Of a stretch of 49,675 nucleotides of DNA, positions 35,271-44,442 are shown piece after piece; the first letter of the stretch is position 1; each line of letters starts with the position of its first letter. Made by a program: the position numbers and the translations under genes. Under the pieces are notes generated by a model, which was not told the DNA's origin, searched no databases, and saw only the letters and a program-made list of their open reading frames with translations. The stretch lies in IMG/VR virus record IMGVR_UViG_3300020045_002457, positions 1-49,675 of that record. One strand, given 5' to 3'. The stretch comes from a virus. Its lineage: Duplodnaviria; Caudoviricetes.

Positions 35271-36718
35271 TGTTTGGGCGCATGTGGTCGCTGGATATTG
35301 ATGGTGAAGTGTTTGTTGCCACTACTGATAAGCAATCGCTCAAGATCGAATTTGATGTGACTGTATCAATGGGTAACACATTATCGTTTACTGACATTCG
35401 TATCACAAATCTAGCGAAAGGGTCGAGCATCAAGCAAGATGCCTCGATTACGCTTAGTGCTGGATATAAGGACAACTACGATGTGATTTTCAAAGGTACG
35501 GTAACTAACGTACTTAAAGAGCGTAACGGCGCAGACACTGTGATACGGCTGTTATGTCGGTCTGGTGTTGCTGGGTCGGATCGTATGTCATGCACGTCAT
35601 CGTATGGTCGAGGCGCAAGTGTTATCGACATCATTCGTGATTTAGCAAAAGCATGGCCTCGACAGCTTGAAATTGACGAAAATCAATTCATTGACGCGCC
35701 TCGTTTTATTTCAGGTTACGCTGTGGATGGCGACATCCCGACGGTGTTAAATGAATTAAAATATGCTTATAACTTTGAGTGGAATCAGCATAACGGTCGA
35801 TTGACAATCACAAAACCGACAGCGCGACGCAATACTGAAATTACCGAGGTGAATAAATTTACAGGTATGGTCGGTATGCCCGAGGTCAATCTCGGACCGA
35901 ATGGGTTGGGTATATTTGTAGTTGTCGCGCTAAATCCACAAATGGCGGTGAATGGCCGCATTAATGTGACTTCGGAATACTCGACGTTTAACACTGGTAA
36001 TTTATATTTCTCAGAAAATACAGGCGATGCTACGGCAAACGGTGAATACAATATTATGGCAATGCGTCATCGTGGCGATTCGCACAGTGGTCAATGGACT
36101 ACCGAGATTCAGGCGATTCGCCCAGGTATACTATCCGACAAGGGTCGTTCAAATGTACCGACTACTTACACTGCACCTGATGTACCAACGCCTAAGTCGC
36201 CAAGTGATGGTACATTGATATGGGGTGAACGAGTAAATCAGGACTTCCGTATCAAAGTCAAACAGGTAGCGGGTCGTCTTGGGTTTGATCCAAACTGGCT
36301 AATGGCGGTGATGGCATTCGAGACAGGTAGATCGTTTAGTTCATCAATGAAAAATCCGAAAGGTAGTGCGACGGGGTTAATTCAGTTTACTGAGTCAACG
36401 GCGCAAGACCTCGGTACAACTACTCGTGATCTTGCACGAATGAATGCAGTTGACCAGCTTGATTATGTTGAGAAATACTATTCAAAATATAAAAAAGCGA
36501 TTAATAATTTAGGTGATTGCTATATGAAGGTGCTTTATCCTGTGGCGATGGGTAAACCTGACAGCTATGTGATGTGGGTCAAAGATAACCCTGTAACTGG
36601 GAAGTATTACAATGCGAATCCAAATCTCGATACGAATAAAAATAATCAGATCACGCGCGGTGAAGCTGTATCTCGCGTAAATAATGAAATGAAAGAAGGT
36701 ATGAGATATTCTAAATAA
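35270..36718 (+). CDS. Baseplate hub protein fused to a C-terminal lytic transglycosylase (SLT-like) domain
   Basis: N-terminal I.NL...L.AGY...IF.G and H.GD....W hub motifs; C-terminal MAFETG and ATGLIQF lysozyme-fold motifs. Confidence 0.82.
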   Translation: MFGRMWSLDIDGEVFVATTDKQSLKIEFDVTVSMGNTLSFTDIRITNLAKGSSIKQDASITLSAGYKDNYDVIFKGTVTNVLKERNGADTVIRLLCRSGVAGSDRMSCTSSYGRGASVIDIIRDLAKAWPRQLEIDENQFIDAPRFISGYAVDGDIPTVLNELKYAYNFEWNQHNGRLTITKPTARRNTEITEVNKFTGMVGMPEVNLGPNGLGIFVVVALNPQMAVNGRINVTSEYSTFNTGNLYFSENTGDATANGEYNIMAMRHRGDSHSGQWTTEIQAIRPGILSDKGRSNVPTTYTAPDVPTPKSPSDGTLIWGERVNQDFRIKVKQVAGRLGFDPNWLMAVMAFETGRSFSSSMKNPKGSATGLIQFTESTAQDLGTTTRDLARMNAVDQLDYVEKYYSKYKKAINNLGDCYMKVLYPVAMGKPDSYVMWVKDNPVTGKYYNANPNLDTNKNNQITRGEAVSRVNNEMKEGMRYSK

Positions 36719-36742
36719 AGAAAGACCCGCCGAAGCGGGTCT
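36712..36742 (-). terminator. Terminator oriented on the minus strand
   Basis: AGACCCGC-TTCG-GCGGGTCT followed by TTCTTTATTT on the minus strand. Confidence 0.65.
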
Positions 36743-36787
36743 CAATTCACTGTCACCACACAGAGGAATCTGTATGAGTATAGCACA

Positions 36788-37486
36788 ATGACACAATTAA
36801 TTGTCAATGAAGATAATTTACAACGCGAATCATTTGTTGAGCTGATGAAGTCGGTGTACACCTGCTCGCCCGGTCATATTCTGAGTTTCGATCCAGATAC
36901 TCAACGCGCGCAAGTGCAGATCGGGATTACTCGTGTCGACATTAACGATGAACGCTTCCCGCCGCCGCCAATCATTGAAGTACCTGTGAGCTTTCCCGGT
37001 GATGACTGGTCGATGGAATATCAAATCGATGTGGGTTGCGAGGGACTGATTCATTTTTCACAACGCTGTATCGACGGCTGGCTCAATACGGGCGGGATTG
37101 CGGATAATCCTATTGGTCGCTTTCATTCGATTCAAGACGCTTTCTTTGTGCCGGGTGTGCGCTCGCTACCCAATGTGACAACCGATTTTCAAAATAACGG
37201 TGTGCGACTTCGTGACAAAGCTGGTACGCAATCGGTATGGCTCAAGAATGACGGTTCAATCCGTGCCGAAAACCCAAACGTGCATGTTATACTAAACGCA
37301 AACGGGTCGATAAATATCACGAATAGTGGTGGGGGTAATATTTCAATGGCAGCTGACGGAGTTGTGACTATCAACGGTGTGACGTTCACAATGGGCGGCG
37401 ATGTGATTGCAGGTGGTAAATCACTGCAAACCCACACTCACGGTGGTGTCGTAACCGGGTCGGACAACACGGATACGCCGTTATGA
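36788..37486 (+). CDS. Baseplate spike (Gp138/GpV-like)
   Basis: PG.I.SFD...QRA.VQ, G.EGL..FSQRCID.W, R.H...DA.F.PG, C-terminal HTH (THTHGGV) iron-binding tip. Confidence 0.88.
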   Translation: MTQLIVNEDNLQRESFVELMKSVYTCSPGHILSFDPDTQRAQVQIGITRVDINDERFPPPPIIEVPVSFPGDDWSMEYQIDVGCEGLIHFSQRCIDGWLNTGGIADNPIGRFHSIQDAFFVPGVRSLPNVTTDFQNNGVRLRDKAGTQSVWLKNDGSIRAENPNVHVILNANGSINITNSGGGNISMAADGVVTINGVTFTMGGDVIAGGKSLQTHTHGGVVTGSDNTDTPL

Positions 37487-37833
37487 CCGTTCGTATAATC
37501 GACCCTGAGACGGGTGATATAGTCACAAGTGGTACGCAATTTACAGGTGGTCAGAGTGAAATTGCCCAGACCGTACAAACGCGCCTCGCATTGTACCTTG
37601 GTGAATACTTTCGGGATATTACCGACGGTACGCCGTGGTACGAGTCGATTTTGGGTAAGAATATAAATACCTCTGCGGCGGATGCAGTGTTACGCCAGCG
37701 AATCGCCCAGACGAAGGGTGTGATTCGCCTTATATCGTACGAATCTAATTTTGATCCTGTGGTGCGCAAGTTTACCGTGAGCGCCGGAATATTGACCCAA
37801 TACGGTACTGATATGGTGGTTTACAATGGCTAG
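37483..37833 (+). CDS. Baseplate wedge protein (gp25/W-like)
   Basis: Q.V.TRL.L..GE.F.D...G.PW. Confidence 0.8.
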   Translation: MTVRIIDPETGDIVTSGTQFTGGQSEIAQTVQTRLALYLGEYFRDITDGTPWYESILGKNINTSAADAVLRQRIAQTKGVIRLISYESNFDPVVRKFTVSAGILTQYGTDMVVYNG

Positions 37834-39040
37834 TATCGACGAAAAAGGCTACACGCTTAAACCGCAGAATGATTATTTTGCGCAAGAGCAGGCGCTTTAT
37901 TTAAGTATTGACCCTGAATGGAATCTCGACCCGTCGACACCCGACGGCTTGAAAATGGCAAGTGATGCCGAACTGTTCAGTGCATTCGACGAGACGCTAC
38001 AGCAAGCGTACAACTCGAAAGATCCGAATAAAGCCACAGGTGTGGACTTGCGCGTCATCGGTGCGCTAACCGGTGCAAAACCAAACGACGGTACTGCGTC
38101 AAGCGTCACGCTCACTTTATCGGGTGTACAGGGTACTTTTGTTGACGCCGGAAAGCGCGTCGAGTCGGCAACCACCGGCTACAAGTGGATTATTCAGCAA
38201 GCCGCTACAATTGGTGTTGATGGTACAGTTACGGTTCAGGCGCTATGTGAAATTACGGGCGAAGTCCAAGCACCACCTGGGACATTGACGGTCGTATTTG
38301 ATACTGTCGGGGGCTGGATGGGTGTTACTAACGCATCAGCTGCGACACTCGGTACACAGCCTGAATCCGATTCGAGCTTTCGCATTAAGCGCGCGACAGC
38401 GGTGGGTCGCCCCGGCAATAATCAAGTTGATTCACTATACGGTGAAATTTACGCGGTTGAAGATGTGCGCCGCGTCAAAGTTTATGAGAATGATACTGGT
38501 AGCGCATCAGTCAGCGCCGACAATCCGAACGGGTTACCTGCTAACTCCGTATCGGTTATTGTCGACGGCGGCGCTGATGACAATGTGGCTATGGCTATTT
38601 ATTTGAAAAAGAATCCCGGCGTCAAATACAATCAATCCGGCACGCCTGTTGCTATCGACGTGGTTTCACCGACATACCCGACAAATGTAAAAAATATCAA
38701 GTTCGCCCGCCCGTTCTACGTCGACATGATTATTGTGATGACAATCAAGAACGACGGAACGCTACCGTCAAACGTTGCCGACTTGATCCACGAGGCCTTC
38801 ATCGAATTCACGATGGGTGATTTGATCCCTGCCGAATATGGCTTTAAAGTAGCGGGTTTCGATATTGGTGAGGACGTGCCGTATTCGACCATGTTCACGC
38901 CTGTAAATCAGGTTATTGGTTCATACGGTAATAGCTACGTTCAGTCGATGACGGTCAACGGTGGCACGGTGCTTGTCGACATTCCTTTTAATTCACTGGC
39001 ACGATTCACATCGGCTAATATCACGGTGACTATCGTATGA
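37826..39040 (+). CDS. Baseplate J-like protein
   Basis: DP..ATG..L, A.LG...ESD..FR, VYENDT, LP.NS....VDGG. Confidence 0.9.
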   Translation: MASIDEKGYTLKPQNDYFAQEQALYLSIDPEWNLDPSTPDGLKMASDAELFSAFDETLQQAYNSKDPNKATGVDLRVIGALTGAKPNDGTASSVTLTLSGVQGTFVDAGKRVESATTGYKWIIQQAATIGVDGTVTVQALCEITGEVQAPPGTLTVVFDTVGGWMGVTNASAATLGTQPESDSSFRIKRATAVGRPGNNQVDSLYGEIYAVEDVRRVKVYENDTGSASVSADNPNGLPANSVSVIVDGGADDNVAMAIYLKKNPGVKYNQSGTPVAIDVVSPTYPTNVKNIKFARPFYVDMIIVMTIKNDGTLPSNVADLIHEAFIEFTMGDLIPAEYGFKVAGFDIGEDVPYSTMFTPVNQVIGSYGNSYVQSMTVNGGTVLVDIPFNSLARFTSANITVTIV

Positions 39041-40938
39041 CACAATTTACACTCCGTACATCACTCGGTCGTCCATTGACGTGGCAGGAACTCGACGACA
39101 ATTTCCGAACTGTCGAAACTGTTACGGGTGATGCCGTTACGCAAGTCACGCAGATAACAGCAAATAACCTCGCGCAAACACAGGCCATTCAGGGCGTGAT
39201 GAACGATCAAGTGGCACACGTTGATGCCGTTGCTGATTCAATCGTGATGAACGCCGGCTCAATCACTGTCAATACAGTTGATGACTTGAGAGCATTGACC
39301 GACTTCGCGCGTCCGGCATTACTAATGGGTTATTACGCAGCGGGCGACAAAGGTCAGCGTGGTTATGTGTGGAATTCTGCGAGTATACTGGCGGACAATG
39401 GGGGTACGATTATCAAGCCGACCATTGTAAGTGGTGTGGGCCGGTGGATCATGGAAGTTTCGAGTGAATTGTCACTGTCGGATTTCGGTGTGTTTCCGAG
39501 TCAACCAGACTCTACTACGCAAGTTCAAGTCGCGTTAGATTTTGCAGCTTCTATTGGTTTTATGCTTACGGGTGAAAACCAAACGTTCAATGTTGTTACT
39601 ATTAAACCGAAATCTGGTCAACGATTGCGCGATGCTATATTTAAGGCAATCGGTAGTACGTCATTATCCTTCATGAAACCAGTTGTCCATCTCGATGGTG
39701 AGTTATCGAAATTAAGTAACATGCGATTTAATAACGTAATTGCAGATGGTAATCGCGGTGCTTGGACTAATGTCGACCCTAACGGTGGTGGGCAGGGAGA
39801 AGACGGCGGGTTACACGCGTGGCGAGTTACTGTTAATTCAATCAGTCTCGCAAGTGAGGTCAGCGATGTGATTTGGGTTGACTGCGACGGGATTAATTCT
39901 GCCACAGGTGGCTTGGCCGTTCATAATGTAGCGCCAAGCACTACCTTGGCAGATTATAAAATTAAAAATCTCATTTGGCGCGGTGGTAAGTTAACAGGTA
40001 ATCGCCAACACGGGTTCTTTGCTTCCGGATTTGACGGGATTCGTTTTGAAGGCTACGTCGACATGCGCGGAAACGGGTTGGACTTAAACACAAGCGACCC
40101 GCTACACCACGGTAATCGAGGCGCGCGTGACACTGGTGGGTTTTTATTCGGTTGTGGGTTGGATCTAGAGACATACGGTCCGAATTATGTAGGCTCTGTA
40201 TATAAGAATTTCTACACTGAAAAAGTTGATTGTCGTGATTGTGCCATTCCGTCACTTCTGTACTCGCCAATTTCACCAAGCGTGTCGGGCTACCAGCCGC
40301 TTAGCGATATTGATATTAACGGTATATTCAATCGAGGGTTTACCGGATTGGATAGCAATCCTGCAATTGACAATTGTTTCAAAGTACAGGGAGATTTAGC
40401 AGGCGGGATTTATTCTTATGCCTCTGTAGTTGTTAAAGGAGTTTTTAGCGATTTGCCTGTAATAGCATCGGGCATTAAGTCTTTAAGTGCAGATGGTGTA
40501 ATGACAAATACAGTGGCTAATAAATTGGTTGCAGTTAATTGCAAATTTGTAGATGTGGAAATACTTGCGAACGTTCCGACAGTAGTTATTACACCAGCGC
40601 CCACATTACAAACTTCAATTATTAGCGGTACGGCAGGGGCTGTAATAACATATACGTCAGTTCTTGGGGCGTATGTAGGCGCTGATGGTGGATTGACTTA
40701 CTTGTATGAAGGAAACATAACAGGGGCGTTAAATGCTGATGGGGATTTAATCGTACAACTTACGAACTTATACCCGAATAGCGTAATACAATTCAATAAT
40801 TTAAGCGCGGCTCATTCTACAGCGCCCGTGTCGGCAGCATGGCTAAATCAAAGCACCGTAGTGAAAAACTTGTATTTTGATACAGCACAAAGCGCTACAA
40901 TTTATTTTCATTTTTCTGTAACTTTTTATCCACAGTAA
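39037..40938 (+). CDS. Tailspike/depolymerase (beta-helix)
   Basis: RPLTWQELDDNF anchor motif, GYYAAGDKG...DNGGTII...GRW, DFG...DST..VQ.ALD, followed by Gly/Asn beta-helix-like rungs. Confidence 0.8.
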   Translation: MTQFTLRTSLGRPLTWQELDDNFRTVETVTGDAVTQVTQITANNLAQTQAIQGVMNDQVAHVDAVADSIVMNAGSITVNTVDDLRALTDFARPALLMGYYAAGDKGQRGYVWNSASILADNGGTIIKPTIVSGVGRWIMEVSSELSLSDFGVFPSQPDSTTQVQVALDFAASIGFMLTGENQTFNVVTIKPKSGQRLRDAIFKAIGSTSLSFMKPVVHLDGELSKLSNMRFNNVIADGNRGAWTNVDPNGGGQGEDGGLHAWRVTVNSISLASEVSDVIWVDCDGINSATGGLAVHNVAPSTTLADYKIKNLIWRGGKLTGNRQHGFFASGFDGIRFEGYVDMRGNGLDLNTSDPLHHGNRGARDTGGFLFGCGLDLETYGPNYVGSVYKNFYTEKVDCRDCAIPSLLYSPISPSVSGYQPLSDIDINGIFNRGFTGLDSNPAIDNCFKVQGDLAGGIYSYASVVVKGVFSDLPVIASGIKSLSADGVMTNTVANKLVAVNCKFVDVEILANVPTVVITPAPTLQTSIISGTAGAVITYTSVLGAYVGADGGLTYLYEGNITGALNADGDLIVQLTNLYPNSVIQFNNLSAAHSTAPVSAAWLNQSTVVKNLYFDTAQSATIYFHFSVTFYPQ

Positions 40939-40987
40939 CTATTAAACTCGCGCTTGAAATGCAAGAGCAGACGAGCGGACACCTGTC

Positions 40988-41683
40988 ATGTACTTTATAA
41001 ACGACACTATTGATATCGGGTATGTTAGAGAGAGTGCGCTGACAGTACCTGATCGCATCTACGCGCAGTATCGCGACAAGCCAAAAATTGAGGCGTGGTT
41101 AAACATTGTGCCGACGATGGTCGAGTCGCTTGTCGATGCAACGTCTGTTGTCCGTAACATGTACAACATCGATAATATGGTCGGGGCGCAGCTGGAAATC
41201 ATTGGGCGAATTGTCGTTATTCCACGTAACTTCGCCCTGTCATCACCGATGGTCGTTATTCAAGTTGGTGATAGTCTCGATGCCCAGTGCGGTGATGGTG
41301 CGGCGATGTGTAGCGCTTTAGCCATCGATGTTGATTCTAAAATGTCGGATGAGTTATACCGCTTAGTCATACGCGCAAAAATTCTCAAGAATAATTCAGA
41401 CGCCACAATTGAGTCTATTTTATACGGTGCCAATTTCATGTTACCTACATCCAATGTGGTTCGCGTGATTGACGGTGAAGATATGACATTCGGTATTGAG
41501 TTTGCCGGACAAATTACCGAGCTCGAACGGTGGGCGTTACTCAATATTAAGCTTGTGCCAAAACCACAAGGGGTTCGGTTCAACGGCTTTCTTGAAACGT
41601 GGGGTTATGTGCAAAGCGGTGACGATAGTTTACAATGTGGCGATACCGCCGCGCAATGTGTGGGATTCATAGGAGTTAATTGA
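40988..41683 (+). CDS. Baseplate wedge protein (DUF2612 family)
   Basis: IYAQYRDKPK, G.QL..IGRIV, D..YR..I.AKI.KN, P.PQGV. Confidence 0.85.
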   Translation: MYFINDTIDIGYVRESALTVPDRIYAQYRDKPKIEAWLNIVPTMVESLVDATSVVRNMYNIDNMVGAQLEIIGRIVVIPRNFALSSPMVVIQVGDSLDAQCGDGAAMCSALAIDVDSKMSDELYRLVIRAKILKNNSDATIESILYGANFMLPTSNVVRVIDGEDMTFGIEFAGQITELERWALLNIKLVPKPQGVRFNGFLETWGYVQSGDDSLQCGDTAAQCVGFIGVN

Positions 41684-42225
41684 TGTCATTAAAACGTGAT
41701 GTAACTTATCCGGCGCGATTCGACGCCGCTACGTCGGGGCAGCCGCAGGGGGCATTTAAAAATCGGTCAGCACCGGGCGCTTCGGACGGATCATACCTTG
41801 AAGAGGCGTGGCTTAATGATTGGTCTGCTTTTTTCAGTTCGCTACTTGCCGATGGCGGTTTGACTGCCAATGGCAACGTGGACGCTGTGGGTGCAAGTCA
41901 ATATCGTGACGCTTTGTTAAACGTGATTTTGAAACGGAAGTCATTCGGTCTGAGTGACTTTGTACGAATCCCCGATGTACCAGGGGGTTTGATTGTGCAG
42001 TGGGGATCGGTTGTAGGAAATTCATCCGGCGTAGCGAGTATCACTTTTCCAGCGGGATTTCCCACAGCTGTAATGGCATTAACTGCGAATGTACTTGCTA
42101 ATAATTTCTCAACATATAGCGTGAACATTGTGGGATTGGCTAATTCAACATGTACATTAAATGCCACAAATAACAACGTAGGTGTACTGGGCGCATCAAT
42201 TCGATGGATTGCTATAGGTTACTGA
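41680..42225 (+). CDS. Short tail fibre protein
   Basis: DG..L...WLND N-terminus; PGGLIVQWG...TFP..FP...WIAIGY C-terminal gp53-like domain. Confidence 0.82.
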   Translation: MMSLKRDVTYPARFDAATSGQPQGAFKNRSAPGASDGSYLEEAWLNDWSAFFSSLLADGGLTANGNVDAVGASQYRDALLNVILKRKSFGLSDFVRIPDVPGGLIVQWGSVVGNSSGVASITFPAGFPTAVMALTANVLANNFSTYSVNIVGLANSTCTLNATNNNVGVLGASIRWIAIGY

Positions 42226-42226
42226 T

Positions 42227-42676
42227 ATGACATATTTTACAGCTCTGACGATTGGTTTTATCCCTTCAGCATGGAAAGACGACGGTACGTACAGCGCCGA
42301 AACATGGCCTAAAGATGCAGTGTTGCTCACTGATGACGAGTCGGTGACATATTGGAAGGTGAACGCGCCGGAAGGTAAACAACTTGGTGTAACGGCGGAA
42401 GGTCGCCCATGCTGGATCGACGCGCCACAACCTGAACCAGTCAACGCAACGCGTATCAAACGTGCTCAAGGTAAAACCGAACTAGTTGCTACTCATTTAT
42501 TTGACACGGTTAAATTGTGGATTGATGATCCGGCTACGCCTGAACTAGCGCGTATCGGATTTTACGACCAAGAAGATTGGGTGATCACGGATGAATTTGT
42601 GCAATTAGCCAAGACTAAAATGAAACTGACCGATAAGCAATTACAAGACTTGTTTAATTCGGCAGCGGCACGCTAA
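42227..42676 (+). CDS. Tail fibre assembly protein
   Basis: WP.DAV, PEGK......GRPCW.D.P; C-terminal L..LF..AA. Confidence 0.75.
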   Translation: MTYFTALTIGFIPSAWKDDGTYSAETWPKDAVLLTDDESVTYWKVNAPEGKQLGVTAEGRPCWIDAPQPEPVNATRIKRAQGKTELVATHLFDTVKLWIDDPATPELARIGFYDQEDWVITDEFVQLAKTKMKLTDKQLQDLFNSAAAR

Positions 42677-42902
42677 GTATTTGTTGAAGTCTAATGAGTC
42701 TGTCTCGGTCGTGTAGCAATATTCGTCCATTGTACGGAATCACAACGGCGGCTCGTTCTGGGTCGCCGTTTGTACTTTGTAGCGGTTCTGGCGCGACACG
42801 TAATTCATTGGGGATTTGATAACCCGAGGCTCGCATCATAGAGGTCGAGCAACCCGCTAGCGCTGACACAAGAAGCAACAGAAGCATTTTTAATTTTGTC
42901 AC
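42654..42902 (-). CDS. Outer-membrane spanin lipoprotein (Rz1-like)
   Basis: Lipobox LLLLLVSALAGC; overlaps the 3' end of the i-spanin gene. Confidence 0.8.
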   Translation of the reverse strand: MTKLKMLLLLLVSALAGCSTSMMRASGYQIPNELRVAPEPLQSTNGDPERAAVVIPYNGRILLHDRDRLIRLQQILSVPLPN

Positions 42903-43149
42903 GATAGATCACCTGTTTTTTAAATAAGATAGGGGCGCGCTGTTGTGCGGCGCTGGCTTGCAATTCGGCTAATTTTAAATCGGCAGTATTTGTGGCCTCG
43001 CGCGCAATATCACGCTGACGGGTTAATTCACCGGATTGTGTGACCGCAAGTAGATCGCGTTCTTGGTAACCGTTGCGATGACCAACGGTGTATAAAGCCC
43101 ACATCAGCGCTATCACCGCTACCGCAATACCTATTCTCACGTAAATCAT
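42805..43149 (-). CDS. Inner-membrane spanin (Rz-like)
   Basis: N-terminal TM segment, coiled coil; coupled to the endolysin stop. Confidence 0.8.
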   Translation of the reverse strand: MIYVRIGIAVAVIALMWALYTVGHRNGYQERDLLAVTQSGELTRQRDIAREATNTADLKLAELQASAAQQRAPILFKKQVIYRDKIKNASVASCVSASGLLDLYDASLGLSNPQ

Positions 43150-43679
43150 GGTGTCGCCCCATCAGCAGCCAGCGGTTCAGCACCAAGTTTAACAAGCGCT
43201 TGATTTGTGGTCATTGTGCCAGTGCATAAATCACGTTCAATCAGTCGGCGCTTATAAACACCTGTACATGATTTATCTCTTGCACAATCACGTCCCGCCA
43301 CGAACCGCCATTTAGTAAACTCGCCGCACGCCGCTGGGTAATTGCCTTGCTGTAGATATTTCCACAGTGTTGAGCGGGTCGCATTGGTCGCGCCGACATT
43401 GTACGTCCAGTCGAGCACGGCTAAGTGTACATTTTCAGGCAGTTCGCGCGGCAGTTTCGTCAACGGTTCGTTATGGGCAATTAGTGACTTGACCAACTGC
43501 GAGTCGCATTGTTCGGGTGTCGCTTTATCGCCACGCTTGACACCTTTTGTCTCACCGTCGCATATTGTCCATACCCCGCCCGCGTCGGGGTATGCGATTA
43601 GGCTACGCCCCTCAAGTACACCAACCAGCGCAATCGCCGCCGCGAGTAGTCCACCGCCCAGAATGTTTCGCTTTTGCAT
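43146..43679 (-). CDS. SAR endolysin (GH24 T4-lysozyme family)
   Basis: Gly/Ala-rich SAR segment GGGLLAAAIALVGVL directly before E-x8-D-x5-T (EGRSLIAYPDAGGVWT); YNVG, RR..E..LC; start ATG 43679 with AAGGA RBS. Confidence 0.9.
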   Translation of the reverse strand: MQKRNILGGGLLAAAIALVGVLEGRSLIAYPDAGGVWTICDGETKGVKRGDKATPEQCDSQLVKSLIAHNEPLTKLPRELPENVHLAVLDWTYNVGATNATRSTLWKYLQQGNYPAACGEFTKWRFVAGRDCARDKSCTGVYKRRLIERDLCTGTMTTNQALVKLGAEPLAADGATP

Positions 43680-43731
43680 AAGCAATCCTTTGTGTAAAAT
43701 GACCATATTAATCTCATACGGTATAACTATC

Positions 43732-43902
43732 ATGGCTAAATTGTCAAGTCGTTTCGGGCTTAAAGATGCTGGCGGTCGTGGTTTACCGGCTAAAAATGCT
43801 TCAGGAACGGCCAACGCTGACGCGGGCGGTCGTGGTTTACCGGCTAAAAATTCGCAAGGCGATACGCTGTCGGCACGAATGGGTATCGGGCGCAAAAAAT
43901 GA
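43732..43902 (+). CDS. 56-aa basic peptide with an internal tandem repeat (DAGGRGLPAKN x2)
   Basis: ATG 43732; ATGA-coupled to 43899; the repeat is in frame (54-nt period), with synonymous differences in the DA codons (gat gct / gac gcg). Confidence 0.7.
   Translation: MAKLSSRFGLKDAGGRGLPAKNASGTANADAGGRGLPAKNSQGDTLSARMGIGRKK
43771..43851. repeat. 27-bp direct repeat x2
   Basis: ggcggtcgtggtttaccggctaaaaat at 43771 and 43825. Confidence 0.9.
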
Positions 43903-44354
43903 CGATGAATGTGATTATGGCATTACTACTCTTGGTAATGGCGTTTAATCCATCAAAATCAGCCATGGTGTATCTGAGTGTATTGTTTGCATTTGACTGG
44001 TTGTCAACCAATTACATCAGCGATTCGTATTACCTATATGCTGCGTTTGCTGATTTATTTGTGATTTTAGTCATTTATGCTCAACGTCCGACGCAACGAG
44101 GATTACGATTAATGACGTTGAGCTGCGTTTCAATTACTGTCAACGCAATTGGTTGGGTGATATGGAATGCGGGATATTCGCCAATCGTTTACAATGTGCT
44201 GTCATACGCCATCTATTCAGTGGCGATATATGTAATCAGCGCGGAGGATAAGAACGATGTGGCGTTGGGTGGAGTATTTTGGCTACGCGCTTTCATTCGT
44301 GCTGATGCTGATTCAAGGTTTAATAATGATCAAAGAGGTGCGAAAGCGCTATGA
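43899..44354 (+). CDS. Polytopic membrane protein (about 4-5 TM)
   Basis: Several hydrophobic stretches; coupled to the peptide upstream and the holin-like gene downstream. Confidence 0.8.
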   Translation: MTMNVIMALLLLVMAFNPSKSAMVYLSVLFAFDWLSTNYISDSYYLYAAFADLFVILVIYAQRPTQRGLRLMTLSCVSITVNAIGWVIWNAGYSPIVYNVLSYAIYSVAIYVISAEDKNDVALGGVFWLRAFIRADADSRFNNDQRGAKAL

Positions 44355-44442
44355 GTCTTACAGACGGAAGATTGGGGTCGGCAGTGGCAACCGGAACAAC
44401 GGGGACGGGAATAGCCACATGGTTGCAGATGATCCCGAATGA
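44257..44442 (+). CDS. Overprinted single-TM peptide (possible antiholin)
   Basis: GGAGGA RBS 8 nt before ATG; YFGYALSFVLMLIQGLIMI TM segment followed by basic KEVRKRYESYRRK. Confidence 0.4.
   Translation: MWRWVEYFGYALSFVLMLIQGLIMIKEVRKRYESYRRKIGVGSGNRNNGDGNSHMVADDPE

Noticed and set aside
43342-43731. 5' part of the 186-aa plus-strand ORF
   Set aside because: Antisense shadow of the endolysin; only the part from ATG 43732 is plausible
43771-43851. Mini CRISPR array
   Set aside because: Only two copies, with an in-frame 54-nt period and protein-level conservation extending through synonymous codons; no cas operon
43680-43895. N-terminal 72-aa extension of the endolysin in the ORF track
   Set aside because: It is the antisense of the repeat peptide; the RBS and SAR domain indicate a start at 43679
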